Positions 36,223 to 44,872 of a stretch of 64,000 nt of DNA are shown here, piece after piece (positions within the stretch are counted from its first letter, which is position 1; each line of letters starts with the position of its first letter). Location: assembly GCA_023402505.1 (NCBI GenBank), contig JAEYGD010000367.1, positions 3,870 through 67,869 of the forward strand, in the 5' to 3' direction. The stretch comes from Actinomycetes bacterium. GTDB lineage: Bacteria > Actinomycetota > Actinomycetes > Mycobacteriales > Micromonosporaceae. The notes under the pieces are model-generated. The model did not search any database and was not told the DNA's origin. It saw only the letters and a program-made list of their open reading frames with translations. A program made the translations under genes and the position numbers.

Positions 36223-36252
36223 GACAGGCAGCCCCAGCTGGGGCTGCCTGTC
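36223..36252 (+). terminator. stem-loop terminator
   Basis: 13-bp perfect stem GACAGGCAGCCCC / GGGGCTGCCTGTC with a 4-nt loop, about 150 bp after the stop at 36072. Confidence 0.6.
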
Positions 36253-36397
36253 TCCGTGACCACCTCACGCAGGTTGCTGACCGGCCCTTGCCATCAGGGC
36301 TTGTTCCAGCATCTGCCCGTTTCCGCCGCGCGGACACCGCACCACCGCCCGCGCACCCGGAGGCGGGTGCGCGGGCCCTTATGACAGGAGGACCCGC

Positions 36398-37510
36398 ATG
36401 GATCCCACGACTCCCTCTGCCACCCCGTCCACGGCGGCCGGTGGCAGGCGCCCCGGCTACCTCTACCACAAGGTGGCAGCGCACCTTGCCGCGAACCCGG
36501 ACCAGATACTCACCGTCGGGGAGGTCACGAACGCCATCTCCGCCCCGTCGACCGGCGCTGTCTTCGAGGCGCTGAGGAGGATGGCCGACGCCGGATACGC
36601 CACCCACCAGACCCGGCCGCACCGCTTCCAGATCACCCAGGCCGGAATCGACGCCGCCGGAACCATGCCACCGCCCGCCCCGCGCACGCCCCGCCAAGGC
36701 CGTAGGACGGGACGGCGGCAGCCGGTCACCCGCCCGAACGGTGACCTGTACTTCCCGCGCAAGCTGGCCGGAGCCACCGATGTGGACGTGCTGCGCCGGC
36801 TGCGCGACAAGCGCATCCCGGTGCTGCTCTACGGCCCGCCGGGCACCGGCAAGACCGCCCTCGTCGAGGCCGCCTTCCCGGACCTGCTCACCGTCGCCGG
36901 AACCGGCGACACCGTCGTGGAGGACTTCCTCGGCAACTTCATCCCCCTCCCGGACGGCGGCTTCGAGTTCGTCTACGGACCCCTCGTCACGGCGATGCGG
37001 GAGGGCCGGGCCCTGCTCGTGGACGACGCCACGCTCATCCCGCCGAAGGTCCTCGCCGTGCTGTACCCGGCGATGGACGGCCGCCGCGTGATCACCATCC
37101 CCGGCTACCGCAACGAACGCGTCGAAGCCGCCGACGGGTTCTACGTCATCGCCGGACACAACCCCGGCGTCCACGGCGCCGTCCTCACCGAAGCATTGGC
37201 GTCGCGGTTCGACGTGCACATCGAGGTCACCACCGACTGGGACCTCGCCCGCCACCTCGGCGTCCCCCGCCCCGCCATCGAGGCCGCCATCGCACTCAAC
37301 AAGGACCTGGCGGATGGGCGGGTCAGCTGGGCGCCGCAACTACGCGAGCTGCTCGGCTTCACCCGCGTCAGCAAGACCCTCGGAGCCGCGGCGGCGGTGG
37401 CGAACCTCGTCGGCCGGGCCCCGCAGGAGGACCGCGAACAGGTCCTCGCCGCCCTCCGCGCGCGGTTCGGCGCAGACATCACCCCACTGACCCTCGGCAA
37501 ACAGCGCTAA
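36398..37510 (+). CDS. AAA+ ATPase (MoxR/AAA_5-like) with N-terminal winged-helix
   Basis: Walker A LLYGPPGTGKTAL, Walker B ALLVDDATL, and ALASRFDVHIEV. The N-terminal LTVGEVTNAISAPSTGAVFEALRRMADAGYA looks like a winged helix. Confidence 0.8.
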   Translation: MDPTTPSATPSTAAGGRRPGYLYHKVAAHLAANPDQILTVGEVTNAISAPSTGAVFEALRRMADAGYATHQTRPHRFQITQAGIDAAGTMPPPAPRTPRQGRRTGRRQPVTRPNGDLYFPRKLAGATDVDVLRRLRDKRIPVLLYGPPGTGKTALVEAAFPDLLTVAGTGDTVVEDFLGNFIPLPDGGFEFVYGPLVTAMREGRALLVDDATLIPPKVLAVLYPAMDGRRVITIPGYRNERVEAADGFYVIAGHNPGVHGAVLTEALASRFDVHIEVTTDWDLARHLGVPRPAIEAAIALNKDLADGRVSWAPQLRELLGFTRVSKTLGAAAAVANLVGRAPQEDREQVLAALRARFGADITPLTLGKQR

Positions 37511-37537
37511 TCGATTTCCCAGGAAGGACAACACCTG

Positions 37538-39136
37538 ATGGCTCATCCCTCCACTCATCGCAGTGCCGGCCCGGTCACCTCAGCGGCCAGCGCTCCTGAC
37601 TGGCATCCGTGGAGCGACGCCTGGACCCGACACATCCCCGTTCTGACCGACCGCACCGACCTGACCGTCACCGTCGCCCCCGGCGCGGGCGGCGGCGCCC
37701 CCGCCTGCTTCTACCCCGACGCCCGCCGCATCGAGGTCGACGCCACCCACATCGGCGCCCCCGACATCACCAACCCCCGCCGCGCCGGCCACAAGCGGAT
37801 CGTGCCGACCGCCTACGGCCTGCTCGTCCACGAAGCCGCCCACGCCACCCACAGCCTGTGGACAACTCCCGCCGGCACCCCGCCGGTCGTCGCGAACGTC
37901 GCCGACCTGATCGAGGAGTCCCGCGCCGAGAACCGGCAACGCAGCCGACGGCGCGGCGACCGCCGCTGGCTGCGCCACACCGTCACCACCCTGCTCGACC
38001 CCGGCGACGCGCCGGTCGACGACGCCTGGCACGCCGCCCACCTCGCCGCCCTGCTGCTGGCCCGCGTCGACGCCCGCATCATCACCGCCAAGGACATCAA
38101 GGGGGTGCGCGCCGCCGTCACCACCGTCCTCGGCCGCAAGAAGCTGCGCGAACTGCGCGACGTGTGGCGCCAAGCCCACGCCGTCGACGACACCGACGCC
38201 GACACCATGATCGACCTGGCGTGGCGGTGGTGCCGCATCCTCGGCATCGACCCCCACCGGCAGCCCGAACCGCCGCGGCCCGATCCCGGCGTATTCGCCG
38301 GCCAGCTCGCCCAGGCACTGTCCGACTACCTCGCGCACGCCGCCGGACTCACCACCACCGAGTACGCCGCCCGCCACATTCAATCCCGGCACGGGGCGCC
38401 CGCGTACTGGACGCGCCGCGACCCCACCGACGCCGAGCGGACCGCCGCCCGCCACCTCGCCGAGCGGCTGCGCCGGGCCCGCACCCACCAACCGGAACCC
38501 GACACCCGGCCCAGCTCGATACCGCCCGGGCGGCTGCGCACCCGACACGCCATCACCGCCAAGGCGCAGATCGCCGCCGGCAGCATGCCCACCGCCACAC
38601 CCTGGCAGCGCCGCGCCCAACTCCCGCCGCCGAAGCCCACCCTGCACCTGGCCGTGCTCGTCGACACGTCCTTCTCGATGCATCCCTACGCGGCGCCGAT
38701 GTCCTCGGCCGGATGGATCCTCGCCCACGCCGCCCGCACCAACCAGGCCACCACCACCATGATCGGATTCGGCAGCCGCGCCACCCTGCTCGTGCCGCCC
38801 CGCCAACACCCCACCCACGTCCTCGAGATGCAGGCGGTCGGCGGCACCACCGCGTTCCTCGACGCGGTCAAACTCGCCGATCAGCTGCTACACCTGCGCC
38901 AACCCGGCAGGCTGCGGATGCTCGCCGTCGTCTCCGACGGCGACCTGCCCAACACCGACCCCGCGCAACGGCTGATCACCACCCTGCACCAAACCGGATG
39001 CGCGGTGCTGTGGCTGCGCCCCGCCGACCTGACCGGGCACACCTTCACCCACACCACCACCCTGCTGGTCGACGACCCGATCCAGGCGGTCGACGCCATC
39101 GCCGACGCCGCCGTCACCGCACTCGAACACGCCTGA
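37538..39136 (+). CDS. VWA-domain protein with N-terminal HExxH metallopeptidase-like motif
   Basis: LLVHEAAHATH (HExxH) in the N-terminal half. C-terminal MIDAS-like LAVLVDTSFSM ... MLAVVSDGD. Confidence 0.75.
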   Translation: MAHPSTHRSAGPVTSAASAPDWHPWSDAWTRHIPVLTDRTDLTVTVAPGAGGGAPACFYPDARRIEVDATHIGAPDITNPRRAGHKRIVPTAYGLLVHEAAHATHSLWTTPAGTPPVVANVADLIEESRAENRQRSRRRGDRRWLRHTVTTLLDPGDAPVDDAWHAAHLAALLLARVDARIITAKDIKGVRAAVTTVLGRKKLRELRDVWRQAHAVDDTDADTMIDLAWRWCRILGIDPHRQPEPPRPDPGVFAGQLAQALSDYLAHAAGLTTTEYAARHIQSRHGAPAYWTRRDPTDAERTAARHLAERLRRARTHQPEPDTRPSSIPPGRLRTRHAITAKAQIAAGSMPTATPWQRRAQLPPPKPTLHLAVLVDTSFSMHPYAAPMSSAGWILAHAARTNQATTTMIGFGSRATLLVPPRQHPTHVLEMQAVGGTTAFLDAVKLADQLLHLRQPGRLRMLAVVSDGDLPNTDPAQRLITTLHQTGCAVLWLRPADLTGHTFTHTTTLLVDDPIQAVDAIADAAVTALEHA

Positions 39137-39341
39137 CCATGAGCGCCCCCAATGCGAGCTGAGCGGGGCCGGGGGCTTGCACAGAAACCGGACCCGAGAT
39201 CAGGCGGTGCAACGCGGCGCACGTCCGCCGTCGCCGCGACGCCGCTCACGACCTCGGTGAGGCCCACGCACCGCCGCTGACCTCGCTGTCTGACATCGCA
39301 CGAACCAGGCCGATGCCCGGCCACCCGCGCAATTCGCGCAT

Positions 39342-39371
39342 CCCGGGCACGGCCGCGTGGCCGTGCCCGGG
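39342..39371. other. 13-bp perfect stem-loop CCCGGGCACGGCC/GGCCGTGCCCGGG
   Basis: Read directly from the sequence. It lies in non-coding DNA about 200 bp after the VWA gene and 25 bp before a small RBS-preceded ORF. Confidence 0.5.
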
Positions 39372-39726
39372 GCTCCCCTGCTTGGAAGGAGCCCGATGAC
39401 ACTGCTACCGCTCACCCGCTCGGCCACCCCGCCGACGGAACCACTGCCATCCCGACCGGTCTGTCGCCGCAGAGGCCCGCAACAGCGCATCGCCGTGGTC
39501 GGCGGATCCTTCACCGGCTGCACCACCGGCAGACCACGTCTTCCCCAACGGCGCTTGGAGGGACTCCCTCCTGTACTCCATCCTTGATCACGAATGGAAC
39601 TAGGTCGGCTCCGCCTGATGCCGTAGTACTTGAGCCGCAGCCGGAAAGACCCCGTATAGCGGCGAGCCCGTTTCAAGGACCGACGAGAGCTAGACGGCGC
39701 CGGCTGGCATGTCGGGCGTCAGCATT

Positions 39727-40636
39727 GAGCCTTTTTCAAGCTGATCTTGCAGCTCGGGGCGGGTGTGGCAGGCCCGGTGATCGATGGGTGCGAGGCTCCA
39801 GGTAGGGCAGCTGTCGACCAAGACTCGAAGCCCCGACCGGGAGCCTCGCCATGCTGTCCTACCCCGCCACGATTCCGTTGTCCAGCCGCACCCTGAACCA
39901 CCTCGCCGAACGCATCCGCGGCCACCGCAAGCAGCGCCGATCCCGGTGGCGGCGCCTCGATCCCGATCGACAGGCGCTACTGGCTCTCGCCCACCTGCGC
40001 AACGGCGACACCTACACCCGACTCGCTGCCGGCATCGAGATCGGCGTCGCCACCGCCTGGCGCTACGTGCAGGAAGCGATAGCCCTGCTCGCGACAGCCG
40101 CCGACGACCTGGCCACCGCCATGCAACGGATCCGCCGGCTGGCGTACGCGATCCTGGACGGCACCCTGATCCCGATCGACCGGGTCGCCGACCAGCGGCC
40201 CTACTACTCCGGGAGACACAAGCGCCACGGCGTGAACGTACAGGTCATCGCCGATGCCGCTGGCCGGCTCGTCTGGGCTTCCCCGGCGCTGCCCGGTTCG
40301 GTCCATGACCTGACCGCAGCCCGAACCCACTGCATCATCGACGCGCTGACCAACGCAGACGTGCTGACCTTCGCCGATAAGGGCTACCAAGGCGCCCGTG
40401 GCACCGTCTGGACCCCGTTCAAACGCCGCCGCACCCGACTGTCCCGCCGGCAGAAGTCCGTCAACCGGCACCACGCCACGATCCGAGCCCTCGGTGAACG
40501 CGCCGTCTCCACGCTCAAGACGTGGAAGATCCTGACCAAACTACGCTGCTGCCCCCGCCGCGCCACCCCGATCGTCCAGGCCATCCTCGTCCTCCAAGCC
40601 GCCGAGGAAGCCCGCTACCCACGATGAAAATGGCTC
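39727..40636 (+). mobile_element. IS5-family (DDE_Tnp_4 type) insertion sequence, 910 bp
   Basis: Terminal inverted repeats are GAGCCTTTTTCA (39727-) and TGAAAATGGCTC (-40636), 11/12 complementary. ATT flanks both sides (39724-39726 and 40637-40639), suggesting a 3-bp target duplication. Confidence 0.7.
39851..40627 (+). CDS. IS5-family DDE transposase (DDE_Tnp_4 / Harbinger-like)
   Basis: N-terminal HTH ALLALAHLRNGDTYTRLAAGIEIGVATAWRYV. DDE contexts AILDGTLIPI, YSGRHKRHGVNVQV, FADKGYQG and ERAVSTLKTWKIL. Confidence 0.85.
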   Translation: MLSYPATIPLSSRTLNHLAERIRGHRKQRRSRWRRLDPDRQALLALAHLRNGDTYTRLAAGIEIGVATAWRYVQEAIALLATAADDLATAMQRIRRLAYAILDGTLIPIDRVADQRPYYSGRHKRHGVNVQVIADAAGRLVWASPALPGSVHDLTAARTHCIIDALTNADVLTFADKGYQGARGTVWTPFKRRRTRLSRRQKSVNRHHATIRALGERAVSTLKTWKILTKLRCCPRRATPIVQAILVLQAAEEARYPR

Positions 40637-40651
40637 ATTACCCTCGATGCC

Positions 40652-40861
40652 ATGACTACTTGGCTGTACGCCTACGACGGCGGGAGACCGTTCGCGTGGA
40701 CATCCGACGGCCGCGACTACTGGCTCGTCGGTGACAGTACCTGGTGGGCACGACGCGATGGCAAGTGGCTCTACTCCCAACGCGGCCAGATCGTGGGGTA
40801 CTTCGACGGCCAGACGGTGTACGACAGTGACACCCACCGACCGGTCCACTTCGGGGACTGA
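40652..40861 (+). CDS. small hypothetical protein with repeated W/Y-G beta-hairpin pattern
   Basis: WLYAYDGG.PFAW / YWLVGDSTWWA / KWLYSQRGQIVGYFDGQTVYD. The repeats look like a small beta-repeat fold. There is no clear RBS. Confidence 0.45.
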   Translation: MTTWLYAYDGGRPFAWTSDGRDYWLVGDSTWWARRDGKWLYSQRGQIVGYFDGQTVYDSDTHRPVHFGD

Positions 40862-41250
40862 TCCTCACCGCCGAGTCCGTTCCCATACTCGCAGCGCTAC
40901 CAATGACCGGTCAGACCACCACCGCGCCGCTCGGATCGATACTGAGTCGCCGTGCGACCGTCACCATGGGCTAACGACCCTTTCGTTACCGAAGCGTAAT
41001 CGTTGCAGACGGTGAACTCCGAACCAGCGCTTAACGTCCAAACTGGACGCCGCTTCGCACGTGAGTGACGCAGCCTCACGTCGGTCGACACCCCAAGTTC
41101 CACTCCCGTCCGTCGGCGGGACAGCGGCAACGGTGCGCTTCATGCTAGTTTCCTCGGCGGATCGATCAAGCTGGCCAGCCTAATTCAAACTGCATGGGGC
41201 GATGGAAGGTTCAAGGCGCCCTTTATCGGACCTAGAGAGCGGAGCAGGCA

Positions 41251-41616
41251 GTGCGAATTCGAGTTAGCGTGTTAGCTACGGCCGTAGCGGCCGGCTTCGC
41301 AGGGGCGTCGGTGTTGGCCGTTCCCGCACAAGCCGATCTCTCGCTTCACCAATCCCTGAATTACAGGGGCGGGGCCTACAACACTACCAATAGCAACTAC
41401 ACCTACCACGACGGCGACACCTTCAACAATGGATACCGCCTTCACGACGCGGTGAGCTCGCTTAACAACATCACGTCGTACACCGCGTGCTTCTACACGG
41501 AACACTTCTATGGCGGTGCGCGCTCCGGATATGCGCCCTTGGTCAAGACTGGCTACGTTGGAGATTCGTTGAACGACAAGTTCTCCTCCCACGAACTCGT
41601 CGCGGGCGGGTGCTGA
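41251..41616 (+). CDS. secreted small protein, peptidase-inhibitor I36 / beta-gamma-crystallin-like
   Basis: Signal peptide ending AVPAQA. Aromatic- and Gly-rich mature part with a terminal Cys (...FYTEHFYGG ... VAGGC). The region has lower GC. Confidence 0.6.
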   Translation: MRIRVSVLATAVAAGFAGASVLAVPAQADLSLHQSLNYRGGAYNTTNSNYTYHDGDTFNNGYRLHDAVSSLNNITSYTACFYTEHFYGGARSGYAPLVKTGYVGDSLNDKFSSHELVAGGC

Positions 41617-42059
41617 AGCTCCCGCCCTAGAAGATCTAGCGTTCAATCACTGAGTAGTGCCTAGATCAGCATGCCCGTCTGGCAGTGGGACGCCTGCCCG
41701 GCGAGGGTCTACGACAACCCATACCTGTCCGTCGCCTCCTGGGCAGGAGAGTCGCCATGGGTGTGCGACTGCATGGCGGACAGGGCAGGCTCCACTACGT
41801 CAAGACGGCGCTATGACAGAGATGCAGTGCGACACCATGGCCGCTGGGGCTCCCCCTGCCAAGATCACAACTACACTGTGGCCATGGAGGGAGTCTCAGT
41901 CCCACACACTGGTTGCGATGCTGGGATCCCCAGCATGAACGACCAGATGCCTCGTATAGCCCAGCTGATGGGAGTGGCATTAGTGATGCTCGGGTGCGCC
42001 CCCGTTCCAGGGGCGCACCCGACCCGCGTGGAGGTTAAAGGAACGTGCGAAGGCCCAGT

Positions 42060-42947
42060 ATGCGGTTGAGGATCGCGGCTGCGATCGCTTCACTCTCAGT
42101 TTCTGTCTCCCTCTCAGGGTGCGCGATCGGTGATTCCGGCGGCGGCAATAACGGCGTCAGTGGTGGAGAGCCCCCAATCCGACAGATGCTCGCCGTCGAC
42201 GATCTGCGGACGTTCAGCCTACCGCTCGATCCATATCAGCTGACGCAGGCCAACCAAATCAATAGTTCGAAAGCTCAGAAAATCCTTGTTGAGCAGTGTA
42301 TGAGCCGGTTCGGATTCCAGTTCCAGTTCCCTCCGGGGCCCAACCCGGCCGTTGTAGGTTATGAGCGACGATACGGTATGTCTGACGCCAAAGCGGCCAG
42401 CGAGCGCGGTTACCATATTCCGCCGCAAGCCGAGCTGGAAAACCCCGACCTGTCGCCTGCGGCGATCGGTGTCCTGCAGGGAGAAGGGCAGAGCAGTTAC
42501 CGCGGACAGCAGGTACCGGAAGGCGGGTGCGCGCAAGAGGCTGATGAACGGCTTTCTGCCGGTGCGCCACAGGTCTCGAACGAGCGGCTGGGAACTAATC
42601 TTTCGATGGAAAGCTATGACCAGACCCTCAGCGATAGTCGCGTCCAGAAGGCATTCGATGAATGGAGCGCGTGCATGAAGCGTGATGGTCATGACTACGC
42701 AGACCCCACCAAGGCGATGAACGACCCAGCGTTCGCCACGCCCGCCGCAACGCCTCGGGAAATCCTGGTAGCCACCACAGACGTGAGCTGCAAGAAAGAG
42801 ACCAATCTGATCAACATAATGGCTTCCGTGGAGACCGCCTACCAGAAGCGTGCTCTCGAGGCGAATGCCGAGGCTCTTACCGCTGTCAAGCAGAAGCTGA
42901 CCACCCGCGAGAAGAACGCCGCCGCGATCCTGGCCGCAGGTTCCTAA
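42060..42947 (+). CDS. lipoprotein, function unknown
   Basis: MRLRIAAAIASLSVSVSLSGC carries a lipobox (LSGC). 295 aa. Confidence 0.7.
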   Translation: MRLRIAAAIASLSVSVSLSGCAIGDSGGGNNGVSGGEPPIRQMLAVDDLRTFSLPLDPYQLTQANQINSSKAQKILVEQCMSRFGFQFQFPPGPNPAVVGYERRYGMSDAKAASERGYHIPPQAELENPDLSPAAIGVLQGEGQSSYRGQQVPEGGCAQEADERLSAGAPQVSNERLGTNLSMESYDQTLSDSRVQKAFDEWSACMKRDGHDYADPTKAMNDPAFATPAATPREILVATTDVSCKKETNLINIMASVETAYQKRALEANAEALTAVKQKLTTREKNAAAILAAGS

Positions 42948-42956
42948 GGAGAGGTC

Positions 42957-44210
42957 GTGCTGTCAGGCCATCGACGCCGCGTCCTCATGGGGATCGTTGG
43001 CGCTTCGGTCCTCAGTGCTGCGGTTGGCATGGGTGCCGCGACGTGGGTGAAGTCACCGCAACAGGTCGCAGCCGAAGCGGCTCCGCCGTCGAAGACGGAG
43101 CTCACCGTGCCGGTCGACCGACGCGTCCTACGCCAGACAGTGGTCCTTCGGGGAGACGTAGCGACTGCGCAATCGCTGGAGGTCACCCCGGCTCCGAAGG
43201 ACGGGAGCCTCGCCGTGGTGACCGGAGCGAAAGTCAAGGCCGGCGCCGAGATCGGCTCCGGGGATCTTCTGGTGGAGGTGGGTGGGCGCCCGCTGTTCGC
43301 GCTGAAAGGCGCCAAGCCGGCGTACCGCGATCTGCGGCCAGGTTACGAAGGTCCCGACGTCCGGCAGCTGCAAAAGGCCTTGAAAGCTCTCGGCTTCGGT
43401 CCTCAGAGGACGGACGGTTACTTCGGTGAAGACACCAAGCGGGCTGTGGAGAACTTCTACGACTCCATCGGCTACCCCGTCATTCCCACTGGGGCCGACG
43501 ACACCAAACACCTGGCGGCGGCGCGCCGCCAGGTCGTCGCCGCACAGCGTGCCGTACAAGACGCGACAGACCCGGTAACCCGCACACGTGCGACGGAAGA
43601 CCTCATGGCAGCCAGGGACGACTACAACGCTTTGAAGGAAAGCACTGGGCCAACGGTGCCGGTCTCCGAGTATGTCTTCCTGCCCGGCTTCCCATCCCGG
43701 GTTGAAGCCCTCAACGCCGACCTAGGTGAGGAGGTGAAGCCCCCGCTCATCAAGTTGGCCAGCGGACAGCTTTTGGTCAACGCCCAGCTCAGCCCTGCCA
43801 ATGTCGCAGCCGTGAAGCCGGGGATGGCTGTGGAGATCGCCTCGGAGGCACTCGCGATCACAGGCAAGGGCAAGGTGAAGTCGGTCGGCGAACTGACAAT
43901 CGACAAGGACAGCGGCATAGCAGGGCATCCGATGGTGGTTGTTCCGAACGAACCGCTCAACAGCAAGGTGGCAGGCCAGAACGTCAGGCTCACCATCGCC
44001 GCCGCCGCCACCCCGGAACCCGTCCTCGTCGTTCCGGTTTCCGCGATCTTCGCGAGTCAGGACGGTGTCGCCAACGTGGTTCGCCTAGGTGCTGACGGCC
44101 GCAGGGAGCAGGTCACCGTGGTTCCAGGCCTCAAGGGCGACGGCTATGTAGAGATCAACGGCAAGCTCGAGGCCGGCGACCAGGTCGTGATCGGGGTATC
44201 GCCACCGTGA
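42957..44210 (+). CDS. peptidoglycan-binding periplasmic-adaptor (HlyD/MacA-like) protein
   Basis: N-terminal TM helix. PG_binding_1 motif VRQLQKALKALGFGPQRTDGYFGEDTKRAVENF. The C-terminal beta-barrel-like part ends GDGYVEINGKLEAGDQVVIG. Confidence 0.75.
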   Translation: MLSGHRRRVLMGIVGASVLSAAVGMGAATWVKSPQQVAAEAAPPSKTELTVPVDRRVLRQTVVLRGDVATAQSLEVTPAPKDGSLAVVTGAKVKAGAEIGSGDLLVEVGGRPLFALKGAKPAYRDLRPGYEGPDVRQLQKALKALGFGPQRTDGYFGEDTKRAVENFYDSIGYPVIPTGADDTKHLAAARRQVVAAQRAVQDATDPVTRTRATEDLMAARDDYNALKESTGPTVPVSEYVFLPGFPSRVEALNADLGEEVKPPLIKLASGQLLVNAQLSPANVAAVKPGMAVEIASEALAITGKGKVKSVGELTIDKDSGIAGHPMVVVPNEPLNSKVAGQNVRLTIAAAATPEPVLVVPVSAIFASQDGVANVVRLGADGRREQVTVVPGLKGDGYVEINGKLEAGDQVVIGVSPP

Positions 44211-44872
44211 CGTTCATACGGCTGGAGCAAGCCGCTCTGACCTACCCCGGGCCGCCTCCGGTCCCGGCGCTACTGCCCACAAACCTCACGGTGGGTCGCG
44301 GCGAGTACGTCAGCATCGTGGGCCCGTCCGGTTCCGGCAAATCAACCCTGCTCAACGTGCTGGGCCTACTGGACCGCCCCACCGAAGGCAAATTCTTCCT
44401 GGACGGGGTCGACACCGGCGCACTCAGCGAGCGGGAGCGAACCGCCCTGCGGGGCCATCGAATAGGTTTCGTGTTCCAGGCATTCCACCTGCTTCCTCGG
44501 CGTACCGCAATGGAGAACGTCGCGCTTGCGCAGCTATACCGTGCAACACCCGCCCGTCAACGGCGCGAACAGGCCCGCGAGGCGCTCGAACGGGTGGGGC
44601 TGGGCCACCGGTTGAACGCCGAGCCGGCCCGGCTGTCCGGTGGTGAGCGCCAACGCGTGGCGATCGCCCGAGCGCTCGCCGCGCAGCCAGGTCTTCTCCT
44701 GTGCGACGAACCAACCGGAAACCTCGACAGCGCCAATGCCGCCACCGTCATGCAGCTGCTCGCCGAACTGTGGCACGACGGCATGACGATCCTGGTCATC
44801 ACGCACGACCCGACCGTGGCTGACCAGGCGCCACGCCGCATCGTCATCTCCGACGGCGTGGTGACCGGGTGA
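44207..44872 (+). CDS. ABC transporter ATP-binding protein (MacB/LolD-type)
   Basis: Walker A GPSGSGKSTLL, signature LSGGERQRVAIARAL, and Walker B LLLCDEPTGNLD. GTGA overlap start. Confidence 0.9.
   Translation: MTFIRLEQAALTYPGPPPVPALLPTNLTVGRGEYVSIVGPSGSGKSTLLNVLGLLDRPTEGKFFLDGVDTGALSERERTALRGHRIGFVFQAFHLLPRRTAMENVALAQLYRATPARQRREQAREALERVGLGHRLNAEPARLSGGERQRVAIARALAAQPGLLLCDEPTGNLDSANAATVMQLLAELWHDGMTILVITHDPTVADQAPRRIVISDGVVTG

Noticed and set aside
39590-39850. Non-coding stretch scanned for a tRNA/tmRNA gene that could serve as an ICE attachment site. Stretches 40862-41250 and 46087-46420 were scanned as well.
   Set aside because: I could not trace a cloverleaf (acceptor stem plus a GTTCGAATC-type T-arm). 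No rRNA-like sequence is present either. A tRNAscan run would be needed to be certain.
41671-42069. 132-aa ORF upstream of the lipoprotein gene.
   Set aside because: It is Cys/Trp/Arg-rich with odd composition and no RBS. Only its last 44 codons (41935-42069, MNDQMPRIAQLMGVALVMLGC...) look like a possible tiny lipoprotein. That part is mentioned under the low-GC island finding rather than called as a feature.
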